A DNA stretch of 64,000 bases, taken from the NCBI RefSeq assembly GCF_000143415.4, contig NW_003314401.1:248741-312740 (forward strand). Reading direction: 5' to 3'. A model generated the notes under the pieces. The model was not told the origin of the DNA. It saw only the letters and a list, made by a program, of their open reading frames with translations, and searched no databases. This document shows, one piece after another, positions 35,601-48,200 of the stretch. The position numbers and the translations under genes were made by a program. The DNA is from Selaginella moellendorffii. Lineage: Eukaryota; Plantae; Lycopodiophyta. The stretch's first letter is position 1, and every line of letters begins with the position of its first letter.

Positions 35601-35744
35601 AGTCTCTATTGATACAGCAGCATTGCCTTCCCCAAGCCTTTGACAGTGTATAACAAAGTTCCGATCCATAGACACAAGGGTCCCTTTTGCAACTCTCTTC
35701 CCACCATTCAAAATGTAAACCTTTTCCCCAACCCTGAAGGCCAT
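32688..35744 (-). pseudogene. ~1018-codon DDE transposase with two in-frame stops (34452, 35109)
   Basis: Three listed ORFs share one frame. N-terminal pair of TnpA-like VAKG/VAEG domains; catalytic-type motifs HDKMDQ, LQTDNAGSENKN, FLMVGHTHEDVDAMFS. Confidence 0.8.
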
Positions 35745-37039
35745 TCTGAAAATGCAGAAAAAAAGTTAAGACCATACAAAAAATGATTGGAGAATGGCCT
35801 AAATCATAACATACCAAACAACCTCAATAGCATGAGGCCACATGCCATTATTCAAACATGCTATTGACACCCACGTGAAATTTCGCATTCACAAAATTGG
35901 CATGAGGCCTCATGCCATCTTGATATACACACAGCTGCAGGCAAGTAAAAACATACATGACAATACGCTAGCCATGAAATTGCAAGGGCCCAAGATGGCA
36001 TGTGGCCTCATGCCATTTCTAAATGTGGTCCTAAGCCATTCCATGGTGAACATACCAGGAAGCACAAGTGCCGAATATCAAGAGGAAGCGGTAGCCACAC
36101 CAAAGACAATGCCGCTCGCAACACCGCAACTACTCGTAGCGCCGCTCGCAACACCGCAACTGCTTGTAGCGCCGCTCGCACAAATTGCCACTCGCAAAAA
36201 CTGCCGCTCGCAATGGCGCTCGCAATGCCGCAACCGCTCGTAGACGCATAAACCACAGCTCACAACGCCGCTTACACAAGCAGCGCTCACTACGCTCAGC
36301 GGAACCAAGAACACGGCGCACAAAAATGATAGACCTAGGAATGAGTTCGAGAATGCAAAACTAACACACGCTTGAACGTCACATCAAATCCTCTGACAAA
36401 CCAGATCTTATGATTCCTCTGACAAATTTCAAACTGAGTAGCTTCTAGACTTTGCTGTCGGAGGTTGAACTTTGTCACATCATGTCCTTGCCTCGATCCA
36501 GCTGTGCCATGTCAGTGATTCGAACTTTGCCATGCCATGTCAGCGATTTGCGCCAAGATTATTCGCCGTGTAAAGGAATAATTATGCTGTGTGTGTACGT
36601 CCATTTATGGCAATATAAGGCCACACGCCATTCAAAGAATAATGCTAGTCGAGCATTTTTTGGTGCATTTTTGGGTTCAAAATTGCATGAGCCCACACGC
36701 TATAAAGTTTACCTGTACCAAAAATAGAAACAGCTTTATTTACTTGGGAATTTAAGTGGTTGAGGCATTTTTAAATTTACAAACACATGCCCTACTTACA
36801 TTCCTTTGGTTGCTTAAAATTCAAAAATATTATAAACCTTTCTTTTTGCATTTTCAATGTTTTCAATTATGGTTTTTGATTTTTGCAGGACCAGCCTAGT
36901 AATCTATTTGCATCCTGTCATGTTTATAGCTAGCTTTCGTTTGTCCCCTTCGCTAGCCTGAGATACATTTGCTCGGCATCTGCCTCTTACAGCATTTGCC
37001 TAGAAAGGGCATCTTTCTTCACGCAGCATTTGCCACATG

Positions 37040-37065
37040 TTTAGGGTTTAGGGTTTAGGGTTTAG
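37040..37065 (+). repeat. Short interstitial (TTTAGGG)n upstream of the transposase gene
   Basis: About 3.7 units, read directly. Confidence 0.9.
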
Positions 37066-38526
37066 CAATTCAGTAGCTTGATAAACATGCAAATACAGAA
37101 CTTGATGAAAAATCCTTTGATATGTCACAATGCCCCTAGGACCATAAACACATTTCAATAGAGAGGGTCCTTTCATTTTATAACTCCTTACGTAAATCTT
37201 GGTGAAACCAGAGTTAGTGAAGTTAGTTTCTTGTGATCCTGCATCTGATTGTGATGTCCCTTTGCAGTGTCGATGGAAAGGTCAATGCACACCAAACTGT
37301 AAAATCTTGGAGCAAAATAACGGTCGGATCTATGGCAAATGCCCCTGAAACATTGTAAGGCTCGTGTGGTCTCATGTGGTGTCCGATCGAGATGGTTCTT
37401 TGCAAGGTCATCAAGAAAGACATTGTATACCATTTTGTAAAATCTAGTTGCGATCTAACGGTTGGATCTCCAGAAAACTCAAAAAAATCTCGCGCGTGTC
37501 AGAATATTCTAGGAATATACTCCTATGTGCCCCTGAAAATGGCATGCGGCCCCACGCCATTCAAGAGATAACGCCAGATGACGCCGAGCATTTTTTGGTG
37601 CATTTTTTTGGATTTTTTATATACCATTCTTTATTTAGCTAAACATCTGGCATTTTTGGAAATACAAGATGCTTTGGAATATCCAATCATGCATGGTATA
37701 AATATAGCGAGGGTATTAAATGATATCCCAATCATGATCTTTCTTTTGGATTTCGCATGCATGCAGTCCGAGGAATGATGACGTTGCGGATTTCTTTTGG
37801 ATTTCACGTGCATGCATGCGTGCGGCGATCCAGAAATTAATGGTGGCGCCCAAGTCCGAGGAATGATGACGTGGCGGGATTACCAACCGTCGTGACATTT
37901 CGCGCGTGTGAGGTTAGGTTTTGCATTTTGCTTCGTACTCGCGCTTGCACACTTGCGCTCGCATCGCGCTCCCACTCGCGATCACGCTCACATTCGCGCT
38001 CATCTACCTTCTCTACAGGTTTCTCGTGTGCATCGGCGTCCACTCGCGCTTGCATCACACTCGCGCTCGCATCGCGCTCGTGTGCATCGGCGTCCACTTC
38101 AAGACACACCCAGTTTGTAACTTTGCCGCCAACTCCGCCACCCACTCCGCCACCCACACGCAGCCCACTTGGCGTCCTGGGAGATTTCAGCGCCACTCTC
38201 CAACTGTAAGTGGCAGAGTAGCCTTGCTGCTACGATCCGCTACACACACAGTGCACATTCGCCAGCGAGTCCGGCGTCGATTGTCACGCCTCCATTCGGC
38301 TTCAAATGGTAAATCTTTTAGGCCAAGTAGAAAATGGCATGAGGCCACATGCCATTCAGTAGCAACATTGGCATGCACCGATTGGGCTCTCGAGTGCAGT
38401 CCGGTTACAGATGGCGTGTAGCCTCACGCCATCTTAGGATGAAGCCTCAAGACATCTGATGCAGTGGTGAATGGCGTGTGGCCTTACGTTATTTCCAGCT
38501 GCTAGCTTTTCATCTGTCAGCTCTAA

Positions 38527-41200
38527 TTGTTGTGCATTTCTGAACAGGCGAGGAATTGCGTTCTTCTTCCAGCCACTGTCAATGTGGATGCAGAGAAGGG
38601 GGAGGAGCTCACCAGTTGGACTTTCGGGATGGAAGGCAAGGATCTAAGGCTGTACAACACAGATGGTGGGAGAAAAGAATGCATGGGGATCCTCATCCAA
38701 GTGACAGACATTCCATGCAGTTCCATGCAAGAATATGGACTGGCACTTGTGGTAGAGACAGCGTCCGCCTTCAAGATCCACCTTGCACATCCTAGCGGCT
38801 TCCCGGAGGGGGGCAACAGCTATGAGGAATTCCTAGAGGGAGCTAGGGAGAGGTTGTCCAGGAGGCCCACAATTTCAAAGACGCTGTGGGTCTATGAAGA
38901 TCACATGGAATCCACGGACCTCACCTACGGTGATGTTCAAAAACTATATTCCAACATTGAGCCGTTGAGAGTGCCTCCAGTTCGCGAAGCGAAGGGGAAG
39001 GGGGTCGATTTGGAAACTATCCCGAAGCAGAAAAGGGTGGTCAAGCTCAAGCTGAAGTCCGACTCTCCTGCTCCAAAAAAGAAGCTACTCGGTGATGCCA
39101 TTGCCTCGGGTTCGAACACTACACCCACCAAAAAGAAGAGCCGCAAAGAGCAGAAAGAGCAAGAAGAGGCAGCAAAAATCATCGCAGATAATAGTACTTG
39201 TTACTATTCCAACAAAGTATATACAATCGACGTGAGCCGTATCGACATCCAAAGCAAATACAACCACAGGCTAGTATCTGATGAGTGGGTGGAGAAACTG
39301 AAGCAGAAGATGCTGGCAAGTCCAGTAACACCCGACATCGCAGATGTGATCCCCTACTACCGAACAATGAAGGGCGAGACGAGGTTTCCAGACTTGATCA
39401 ATAGGAAGGTGTTGGACGATCAGAACATCCGGTTCTATGCCGTCTCCGGGCAGCATTCTAGCTTGGCGATGCAAGAGATAGTTGTGGATATTATGGTGGG
39501 CGAGGAGGTGAAGAAAGTCTTCAAGACAAGAGTTGTCCGCCTGATAAAAGGCAACTCGCCCCTCCGATCTATCATATACATCTCCCACGCACAGAATGTC
39601 AAGCAAGAAATGTGCTACAAATCAGGTCTGCACGAGACATTGGCACGAACACGGAAGCTCTGGGTTCAACTGAAGAAGCCACAAAAACCAGGACAAGGAC
39701 GTGCACTAGCAACTAGCGCCTGGCAGGTAAGCCTCGTTGCATGTGGCATAGCATGTGGCCTCACGCCATTTCCATTGCAGGAATTCTCGAGTCTTCTCTC
39801 GAAAACACTGGGGGTCAATGACATACTCAGCATCCATAACATTCTACTCGCGACAAAAGTTGTTTTTGACAAATGGGTAGATGTGCTGAGGAGGTACCAT
39901 GACGGGGAGTTGCTAAACTCAATGGGTGTGGAGGACGGCTGGAAGCCCAATGATTTGAAGCTCAACGCTTTTAAGCCGCACTACTCAAGGGTGTCCCGTG
40001 TGTTGCGGTGACAAACTCTATTGAAGAGGTGACTTCAATGGAGCATATAATTACAGTTGCCAAAGAAAAACAGTATCTTCTCTGCGAATCTGGTGAGTAC
40101 GCACTTTAAGTTTAAATGTTATCTCACAAGCTCTGTATGCAGGAGCGTGGCCACCCCCAGATGCTGAAACGGCGTTAACAGCTACTGTTGAAGATACCCA
40201 TGTTGGGCCGAGCTCACAACCTGCACAAGGTAAGGTCACGTGAGGCCTCACGCCATTTTGATTATAGATCGTTGTGAATATTCAGACACGAGGACTGAAA
40301 AGCACACTGGTGGCGCGTCGAAGAAGGACAAACAGACAAGCAATAGGAAAAAAGGAGGTACAAATTATATTTGCAATGGCGTGTGGTCTCATGCCATTCC
40401 TTGCAGGAGACACTTCTTCAAAGGCAAAATAGGCAAGCACCAGCCAAGCTCAAACTAACAGTGGTCATAAAAAGCAAAAGCACGTTGGACAGTCGTCGGG
40501 ATCAGAGGCGTTTGATTCGAAAAGGAAGAAGGGCAACGAAAAGATGATAGGTAATGCCTCGCGGTTATGGCGTGTGTGCTAATGCCATTCATTGCAGATC
40601 AAGGGCTGAGTGAAAGCAGCCAGTCACCATCTCCTAACTCAGATTCCTATGGCGGACTCCCCTTCCCCAATCTCAATGGAGAGGTACAATGGATGAGGGA
40701 TGCTTTTCAAGTCAGGGCCACATTTTTCTCATCTCGTCGTCTTCGAAGGGTGCAAGAACGTGTAGAAACCATGTTAAGACAGTCGGGTGAGGATACGGTC
40801 CTATGTCACGCACTAAAACAGGCTATGGATGTCTTGTATTTTGAGATGGAGACTCGGCCAGATGATTTTCCTAAGATGGTCCTGGAAGAACAAGCCATCC
40901 AGCCTGAGCAGCTTATGGAAGAATTGCAGGAGGGGGATGAGGAGCCATAGAAAGATAATGAGCAGGAAGAGTAGAAGGACGAAGAGGAGGACAAAGAAGA
41001 GGAGGACGAAGAAGAGGAGGACGAAGAGGACTTGGATGGTCCTCACAATGGTGACGAGCACAATAACGACGACGACGATGGCCAGCCTGAGGTGGCCAAA
41101 GAGCAGCAGAGGAAGGTCATACAAGACAAACCATCAGGTAAATAATAGTACATCCATTCCTAACCTTTTACCATTTCTAACATTGTCCATGTAGGTCGCA
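38527..41200 (+). CDS. Transposon accessory gene with ParB/Srx-like domain and acidic tail; intron-containing, probably disrupted
   Basis: TIDVSRIDI...NHRLVSDEWVEKLKQKM...FYAVSGQHSSLAM; GT-AG introns 39727-39780, 40230-40267, 40358-40406, 40551-40597. Confidence 0.55.
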
Positions 41201-42039
41201 GAGCAAATGGTAAGTAGAGATTATTCAGTTGAATTTACAAACTCTAGCCTTTAGTGTCGAGGAAGGATAGTGCCAAGCAAGGGTCGAAACGTATGTCCAA
41301 TCCTTCAGAATCAGCAGTGCGCCCAAGTGATATCGGTCCTAGTTCCTCAATAGCAGTTGATGGTAAATACAGTATAGTCGATTCAATGTGCTAATGAGTT
41401 TGTTTTTAGTAGCACGGGAGGATACCATCTCAATCGAAGGGAGATATTTGGACATGCATATGGATCCGCCAGTGGACTCTACTTGCCTGCAAGAGTCATC
41501 AGAGCTGGTTGAGGCTACTATCCATATCAACGCCAAGCAAGCTGACCATGCTCTGCTTGATGCTACCCATACCACTGAGTCAATCTTGTCCACGTATCCA
41601 ACTGACGGTGACCAGGCGCCATTGGACCCGCATGAGGCCACCCCAGCCGCCGAGCCGGTCGTATCCTCATTTCCAATGGACTCAACGTGTGCCCAATCGT
41701 CTGACTACGCGCTGTTAGAACCTCCCTACACCGCCCCTGCTGCCTGTTCGGTCATGTCCACTTTGCGAACGGAGGCACCAGCTGAAATGGCGTGTGATCA
41801 CACGCCATCGGAACCACCCCATGCCACTGTTGAGCCAGTTGTACCAGAGTCTACAGCTGAAATGGCATGTGCCCACACGCCATCGGATGCGATTGACCCC
41901 ACATTGCAGAGGAGAGTATTTCCGCCCTTCACGTTTCCTCGACCAAAAACCTCTCAGCGACCATCGGGAGCACCATTCGCTAATATTGTAGATGGTAAAA
42001 TTGACTTGTACCATTTTTTATGCTGACGCATTTCATTTC

Positions 42040-42890
42040 AGAGTCATGGCGAAGGTACTGTATCGTTTTTGATCTGAACGGTGTCCTTTTCTCCCATGAG
42101 CGTGGCTCGTCCTCGAATGTCATTGCACCCTCCAAAGCCTGCGGTCGCAAGTTGGTCAAAAGAGATAGATTCACATTAATCACACGGGAGAGACTGCGGG
42201 ATCTAATAATGACCATACGACACTTAAAACAGAGGGCAATTGGGAGTTTGGACATCCATGATGTGCCACAATGCATTAACGTTGCTACAGATGATGCACG
42301 ATCAGACGCGAGTAATATTACCATTTGACTTTCTCCTAACGCAGGAGGATTGCTTGACTATGGTCCATGTGAGGGGTAGCAAGCCCATCTTCGTCAAGCC
42401 AGAGGCTGTAGTGATGAACCGGACTGCTAGGTCAAGTGAAATCCTCATCATCGATGACTCGCCGATTAAAACTGCAGCGAACACGCACACATATGCAGTG
42501 CACCACATCTCTTGCAGTATGGAAACTAGGGAGAAGAAACCGTATGTTCTGGGGGACCTTGCAAAATGGCTTGGAGCGATGGTGATAGAGAACCGGCCAG
42601 TCTAGGAGGTGGCTGCAGAAATCAACCAAATGGCAGATGGAACGGTATATCAGAAGCCATTTGATCGGACAGACACCAGTCATCATTTATGGCATGTATA
42701 TTGTCTAGCCAAGCACTATCTGCATCTCCATAATCTGCTCAACCGGATGGGTTCTTCGACCATTGAACATGAGCGTGGACGTATTAGAGAAGAGATGGCA
42801 TTACTATTGGGTTTCATTCCTGATAGTGTGGAGAGTGATGAAATTCCAAGATTATTGTATAGGCGTTGGAGGCAAAAAATAACAGTCTGA
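42040..42890 (+). pseudogene. FCP1/NIF-like HAD phosphatase domain inside the transposon, frameshifted
   Basis: IVFDLNGVL ... LLTQEDC ... KPIFVK ... ILIIDDSPIK. Confidence 0.7.
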
Positions 42891-43333
42891 GATGGCATGT
42901 ATTTATTTAAAAATGTAACTTATTATGGCATGGGGTTCCATGCCATTGTATTAATATTAAAAGACAATTATTTGAGAGGATTTGCATTATACTAGAAGTG
43001 TTACAGCATGTTATTGGAAGTCTACGAAGTTGTTTTATTAATAAGGGGAAAGTAAAGATTGAATGGGGACTTGGGCTCCACCTAGACTCAGAGCAACTGA
43101 GCCAATATTAAAAGGATGGAAAGAAATTGGACGACGATGACAAGGAGAAGAGAGAGGTGAAGTAGTGGCAGGGGGAGGAGAAGTGATTGAGTAAACATTT
43201 CCTTGTTTAAAATAAAATGGCATGTGCCTCAATGCAGTTGAATTTTGTTATATTTATATACTATATAAAGGTTTGGAAACCTTATTTTACAAGTGGGATA
43301 ATGACAATTCCCACTTTAACGAAATAGAGCTTA

Positions 43334-45295
43334 GATGCTTCAGACTTTGCGTTGGGTGCAGTTTTGAAGCAGGACAACCATCCAGTAGCATTCTTCTCGA
43401 AGAAGTTGGACAAGGCTCAACGGAAGTGGCCTGCCCATGAGAAGGAATTGTTTGCGGTGGTCAAGGTGCTCAAGGAGTGGCGACAGTACCTTGGGAGACA
43501 CTTCAAAGTTTACACGGACAATGTGGCAATGAAACACTTTTTGTCACAGCCCGACCTAAGGGGAAAACAAGGTCGGTGGGCCAATGCTTTGGCCGAGTTT
43601 GATTGCGAGATCCTGTACAAACCTGGGAAGAGCAACATCGTGGCAGATGCGCTAAGTCGAAAAGCAAGCTTGAAGTTGGCGATATCTAGCGCGACAGCAA
43701 CCTTTTGGGATGATGTGCGGACTGCATACGAGAACGATGGTCTAGCACAAGAAGTGTTGCTGAGGAATCTAGAGGCGCGGGAAGCTCACTAGAGAGGTGA
43801 GCTGCCAACGGAAGAGAAAACGGGCTATGCGGAATGCAACGGACTCATATATTACAAGCAAACGAGGGTGTATGTTCCAGAAGGGGAACTAAGGAAGGTA
43901 GCCTTGGAAGAGTGTCATGACGGACCTCTCGCGGGACACGGTGGAGTGCCCAAGACGATGAGCTTACTCAAAAGGAAGTATCACTGGCCAGATATGGCTA
44001 AGGACGTCCAAGACTATGTAAAGACATGTCCAACATATCAGCAGGTCAAAGCCGTGACGAAGGCTAGTGGGGGCTTGTTGCAAAGCATCCCCATTCCAGA
44101 TCGTCCGTGGAAATGTCTCACGATGGACTTCATCACGGGACTACCCCCAAGCGAGGGGTTCGATGCGATATTCGTGGTGGTGGACCGATTTTCAAAGATG
44201 GCACATTTCATACCCACCACAACGGAAGTGGATGCGGAAGGTGTGGCGAAGCTATTCTTCGAACAAGTGGTTCGAGTGCGGGGAAGGCCGGAAGAGATTA
44301 TCTCATATCGAGATAAGATCTTCACCAGTAGGTTCTGGAGGACACTCCTAGAACAGTATCGCACCAAGTTGAAATTCAGCACAGCCTATCACCCACAGAC
44401 AAGTAATGGGTATTAAGTCAAGATTGATGGCACTAACACTTCTTGACAGACGGACAAACGAAAAGGGTGAATAGGCAGCTGGAGGATTATTTGCGATGCT
44501 ATGTCTCGGGAGACCAGACCGACTGGGTAAGTCATTTGGGACTTGCAGAAATGTGTTATAACAACTCACCACATTCGAGCATCGGGGTGAGTCCATGGGA
44601 AGTCATCAATGGGCGAGCTATTGAAGGTCCTGTGGAACTCGGCGTGGCCGAGTATCATGAAGAGTTACCTGCAGTGGAGGCATTCACGGCGGAAAGACTC
44701 AACATTTGGAATCTAGTGAGGGATTCCTTGGAACGGGCTCAACAAAGGCAAACTAAGTACGCGAACCAAAAGCGTCGGAATGTGGAGTTCCAAGCTGGGG
44801 AAAAGGTGTGGTTGAACACCAAGAACCTCAGGCTACCAAGTGGGATCAGTCGGAAGTTGACCCAAAGGTAAAAATGCATGTATTCCTGTAAATGAATTGA
44901 TCTTGAATTCCTTAAGCAGGTTCGCGGGGCCTTACGAGATTGAGGCTCGAATCGGTAAAGTGGCTTACCGTCTCCGACTTCCTCGAGAGATGGGGAAGAT
45001 GCATCCCGTGTTCCATGTGAACTTACTCAAGCCGTATTTTGAGGATCCACTTCGCAAGGACCAAGTAAGACCTTTACCTGAGGTTATCCAAGGGGAGGAG
45101 GAATACGAAGTCGAGGCCATCCTCAATGCGCGCAAGAGCAAGCGACAAGGACGCGAGGTGAGAGAGTTCCATGTGAAGTGGAAAGGATTTCTACACTGCG
45201 AAGCAACATGGGAACCGGAGGAGAACCTAGCGAACGCGCGAGATCTAGTGGAGGAATTTCTGCATGGCAGAACTCTGGGAAGTGGAGTTGCATAA
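43334..45295 (+). mobile_element. Chromovirus (Ty3/gypsy) pol 3' part: RNase H, integrase, chromodomain
   Basis: DASDFALGAVL, HDGPLAGHGG, MDFITGLP, VVVDRFSK, TAYHPQT/DGQT, RFAGPY, HPVFHVNLLK, EYEVEAIL...VKWKG...TWEPEENL. Confidence 0.95.
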
Positions 45296-48200
45296 AAGGT
45301 GCAAGGCAAGGTGTCGGAGACACCTAGGAAATTGACTCCAAGAAGTCAAAATTCAAAGTTCCAAAGTGCAAAGGTTATATCGATGGGAACTGAGACCACT
45401 CGAGAATGAGTAGTGGGAATTGAGTTAGAGAAGATGTCTCTAACAGGTTTAGTGAGAAATAAGCCAATAAAAGGGAGCAAACCACCCCAGGTGGTCGAAT
45501 AAGTCTCTATGTTGGAAAGACTATGCTCCTTAGAGGATGAGCAAGGCATAGTGAGCCTTTGGCGTCAAACCATTGATGAATATGGAGAAGGCATGGTGAG
45601 CCTTCAATGTCAAACTATTGACAAATATTGGCTAGGTGCCAAGGATGGAAATGGTAACACATGCGGGTGTTACTTTATAAAATAGTTTATCGTTTGATGA
45701 GGACATTGAACTTCGTCTATGGGTGGTGGAGTTGTGAGACATAAATCCCTAAGCCCCAAAGTGGAGCCGAAAGGGTGCCACGTGGTAGTGGCTGAAGCAA
45801 AAGCCAAACGAGCGTAGACGTTTGGACTAAAAGGCTCTGACTTGAAAGGTTGAGAGCGGGACTGGAAATCCCAATTTAAATGTTATCTCACAAGCTCTGT
45901 ATGCAGGAGCGTGGCCACCCCCAGATGCTGAAACGGCTTAACAGCTACTGTTGAAGATACCCATGTTGGGCCGAGCTCACAACCTGCACAAGGTAAGGTC
46001 ACGTGAGGCCTCACGCCATTTTGATTATAGATCGTTGTGAATATTCAGACACGAGGACTGAAAAGCACACTGGTGGCGCGTCGAAGAAGGACAAACAGAC
46101 AAGCAATAGGAAAAAAGGAGGTACAAATTATATTTGCAATGGCGTGTGGTCTCATGCCATTCCTTGCAGGAGACACTTCTTCAAAGGCAAAACAGGCAAG
46201 CACCAGCCAAGCTCAAACTGACAGTGGTCATAAAAAGCAAAAGCACGTTGGACAGTCGTCAGGATCAGAGGCGTTTGATTCGAAAAGGAAGAAGGGCAAT
46301 GAAAAGATGATAGGTAATGCCTCGCGGTTATGGCGTGTGTGCTAATGCCATTCATTGCAGATCAAGGGCTGAGTGAAAGCAGCCAGTCACCACCTCCTGA
46401 CTCAGATTCCTATGGCGACTCCCCTTCCCCAATCTCAATGGAGAGGTACAATGGATGAGGGATACAATGGACAAGGTTGGTTATGCCAGCTGGGAGTGGA
46501 GAATCAAGTGGGGGCTCGAGGGTGTTGTCGCTAGCAACCGTGATGCCATGGAGAGTCTAAAATATGGAATTGTCCATGTTAGACTATATGGCAACTATAA
46601 AGCTTGCAAAAAGGGAGGCCTTAGCAAGCTGAGGGACAGAGTTCCTTCAAGGTTCCCAAAGAGGATTCTAGGTAGCTTAGTACCTAGAAAGGCCAAGCAT
46701 AAATGGTACAAGGAACACGCGAAATCAGAGTGGCGCAGCAGAAGCGTGGTCTTGAAGCTTGCCATGAGGCAAGGCTTTCAAGGTTAGGGAAGTAGTTCCC
46801 AAGCCTTCAAAGAGAGGGCTTTGAACGAAAGTCGATGGTCAAGGACTTTCACGCTTATGCAGGAACCATGTTACAGTGGTCGGAGGACTTGCTAAGTGAG
46901 ATTGGCACGTCGGGGGAACAAAGACCCTAGTTGAAGGTGATAACTTCAAAAAGGGTGGGCCATGGGGCCGAGCATGGAGGAGTCCATGCATGATCACAAA
47001 CATGTCAAGTGAGAGGACTTGGCAATGTGGAGGAACTAGGTTCCTAAGCTGTGATCTGTAGCGCGCTTTAAAAATAGGTTGGTGCACCGGCGTGGGGAGT
47101 CACGCCAGGCATCTTGTGTGATGCCGTCCGTAGATGCATATACGGAGGTTGGGTTCGAGTCCCGACCCTCTAGTGCTTGGGTTCGAGTCCCAAATCACTA
47201 GGGCGTGGTGATGGTTTGGAATATGAGGACACTCATATTTCGGTGGTCATGGACTCTCAGTGGGGAGACTGGTTTGGGCACACCGCCAAGCGAGGGATGC
47301 CTCGGAGTCGTGATGCACAGTTAGATTGCTTAGTGTGAAAACTTGGCATATCTAACTTGAAAGCTTTGGTGCAAGTGGCACCAAGGACGTGGTGAGTGAG
47401 ATGGGGACACCTAATCTCAGTTGCTATGAACCCTTGGCCGTGAGGGCTGGCTTGGGTGCACTGCCAAGTGTGGGGGATGCCCCGGGGTTATAGTCAACAA
47501 TTTGAAGGTCTAGAAGACCTAGTACCTATTGGCAAACCTGTTAAGGTGCCGAGGTGAGATCACTAGGTGATCTTGTGGCTAAAATAAGGACAAGGTCTTT
47601 GTTTGGGTTAAGGAATAAGGTTCCTAGTTCAAAGTGTTGATTTGAACTATTGATGATGGTGTGGTTTGGTCAAGGTGACCAAGTGGGAAAAACACCTTAG
47701 GGAAGTAAGCTATGTCATTGCGATGGCATAGTGTGAGCAAGGAAAGTAGTCTCTATAAGAGACCCATGGGAGGGTCACAAGTTGGGCCGTGGATAGAGCC
47801 CACAGCAGAAGGTGCTAAAAGAGACTTACTAGGGGTGAACACCCTAGTCTTGGCAAAGCAAAGCTTTTGCTATGGAATCAAAGGAATACCTCAAGGAGGG
47901 AGGTAGACATTCGGTGTTGCTGGGTGCAACAATCAACGGATAGGAGCAAAAGATGAGTGGCCAAGATAGGGCCGTGGAATCCCTTGGAAGGAATCCAAGT
48001 GACAAAGTTAGGCGAGGAACACTAATGTGTTGGACGCTAATAAATTGTGGGAAAGGAAGTGTGTTTCCAAGGATGGATTCCAAGTGCTCCGATTTGGCAA
48101 AAGTGGAAGCTCCAAGGGAGGGAGCGGTAAGGTAGCCAAATGATAGGGCGATGGACAACCCTAGCACAAAGTGTGATAAATGGAACTTAGTGCCCAAGGT

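Larger units (their letters stand above)
31056..43333. mobile_element. 12.3 kb TIR DNA transposon (Sola-like DDE transposase) with accessory genes
   Basis: Perfect 25-bp inverted repeat TAAGCTCTATTTCGTTAAAGTGGGA at 31056-31080 and 43309-43333, bounding all copies of an internal palindrome except those in the duplicated piece at 45875-46461; gypsy sequence on both flanks. Confidence 0.85.

Noticed and set aside
31688-43240. Palindromic repeats as a CRISPR array
   Set aside because: Irregular spacing, degenerate copies, no cas genes, eukaryotic context
29695-45295. Left and right gypsy fragments as one element split by the DNA transposon
   Set aside because: Both contain RNase H and they differ in decay level, so they are not contiguous halves
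47150-47195. Two GGTTCGAGTCCC tRNA T-loop/B-box-like motifs (mirrored at ~51880-51920)
   Set aside because: No cloverleaf or A-box found; part of the LTR-type repeat
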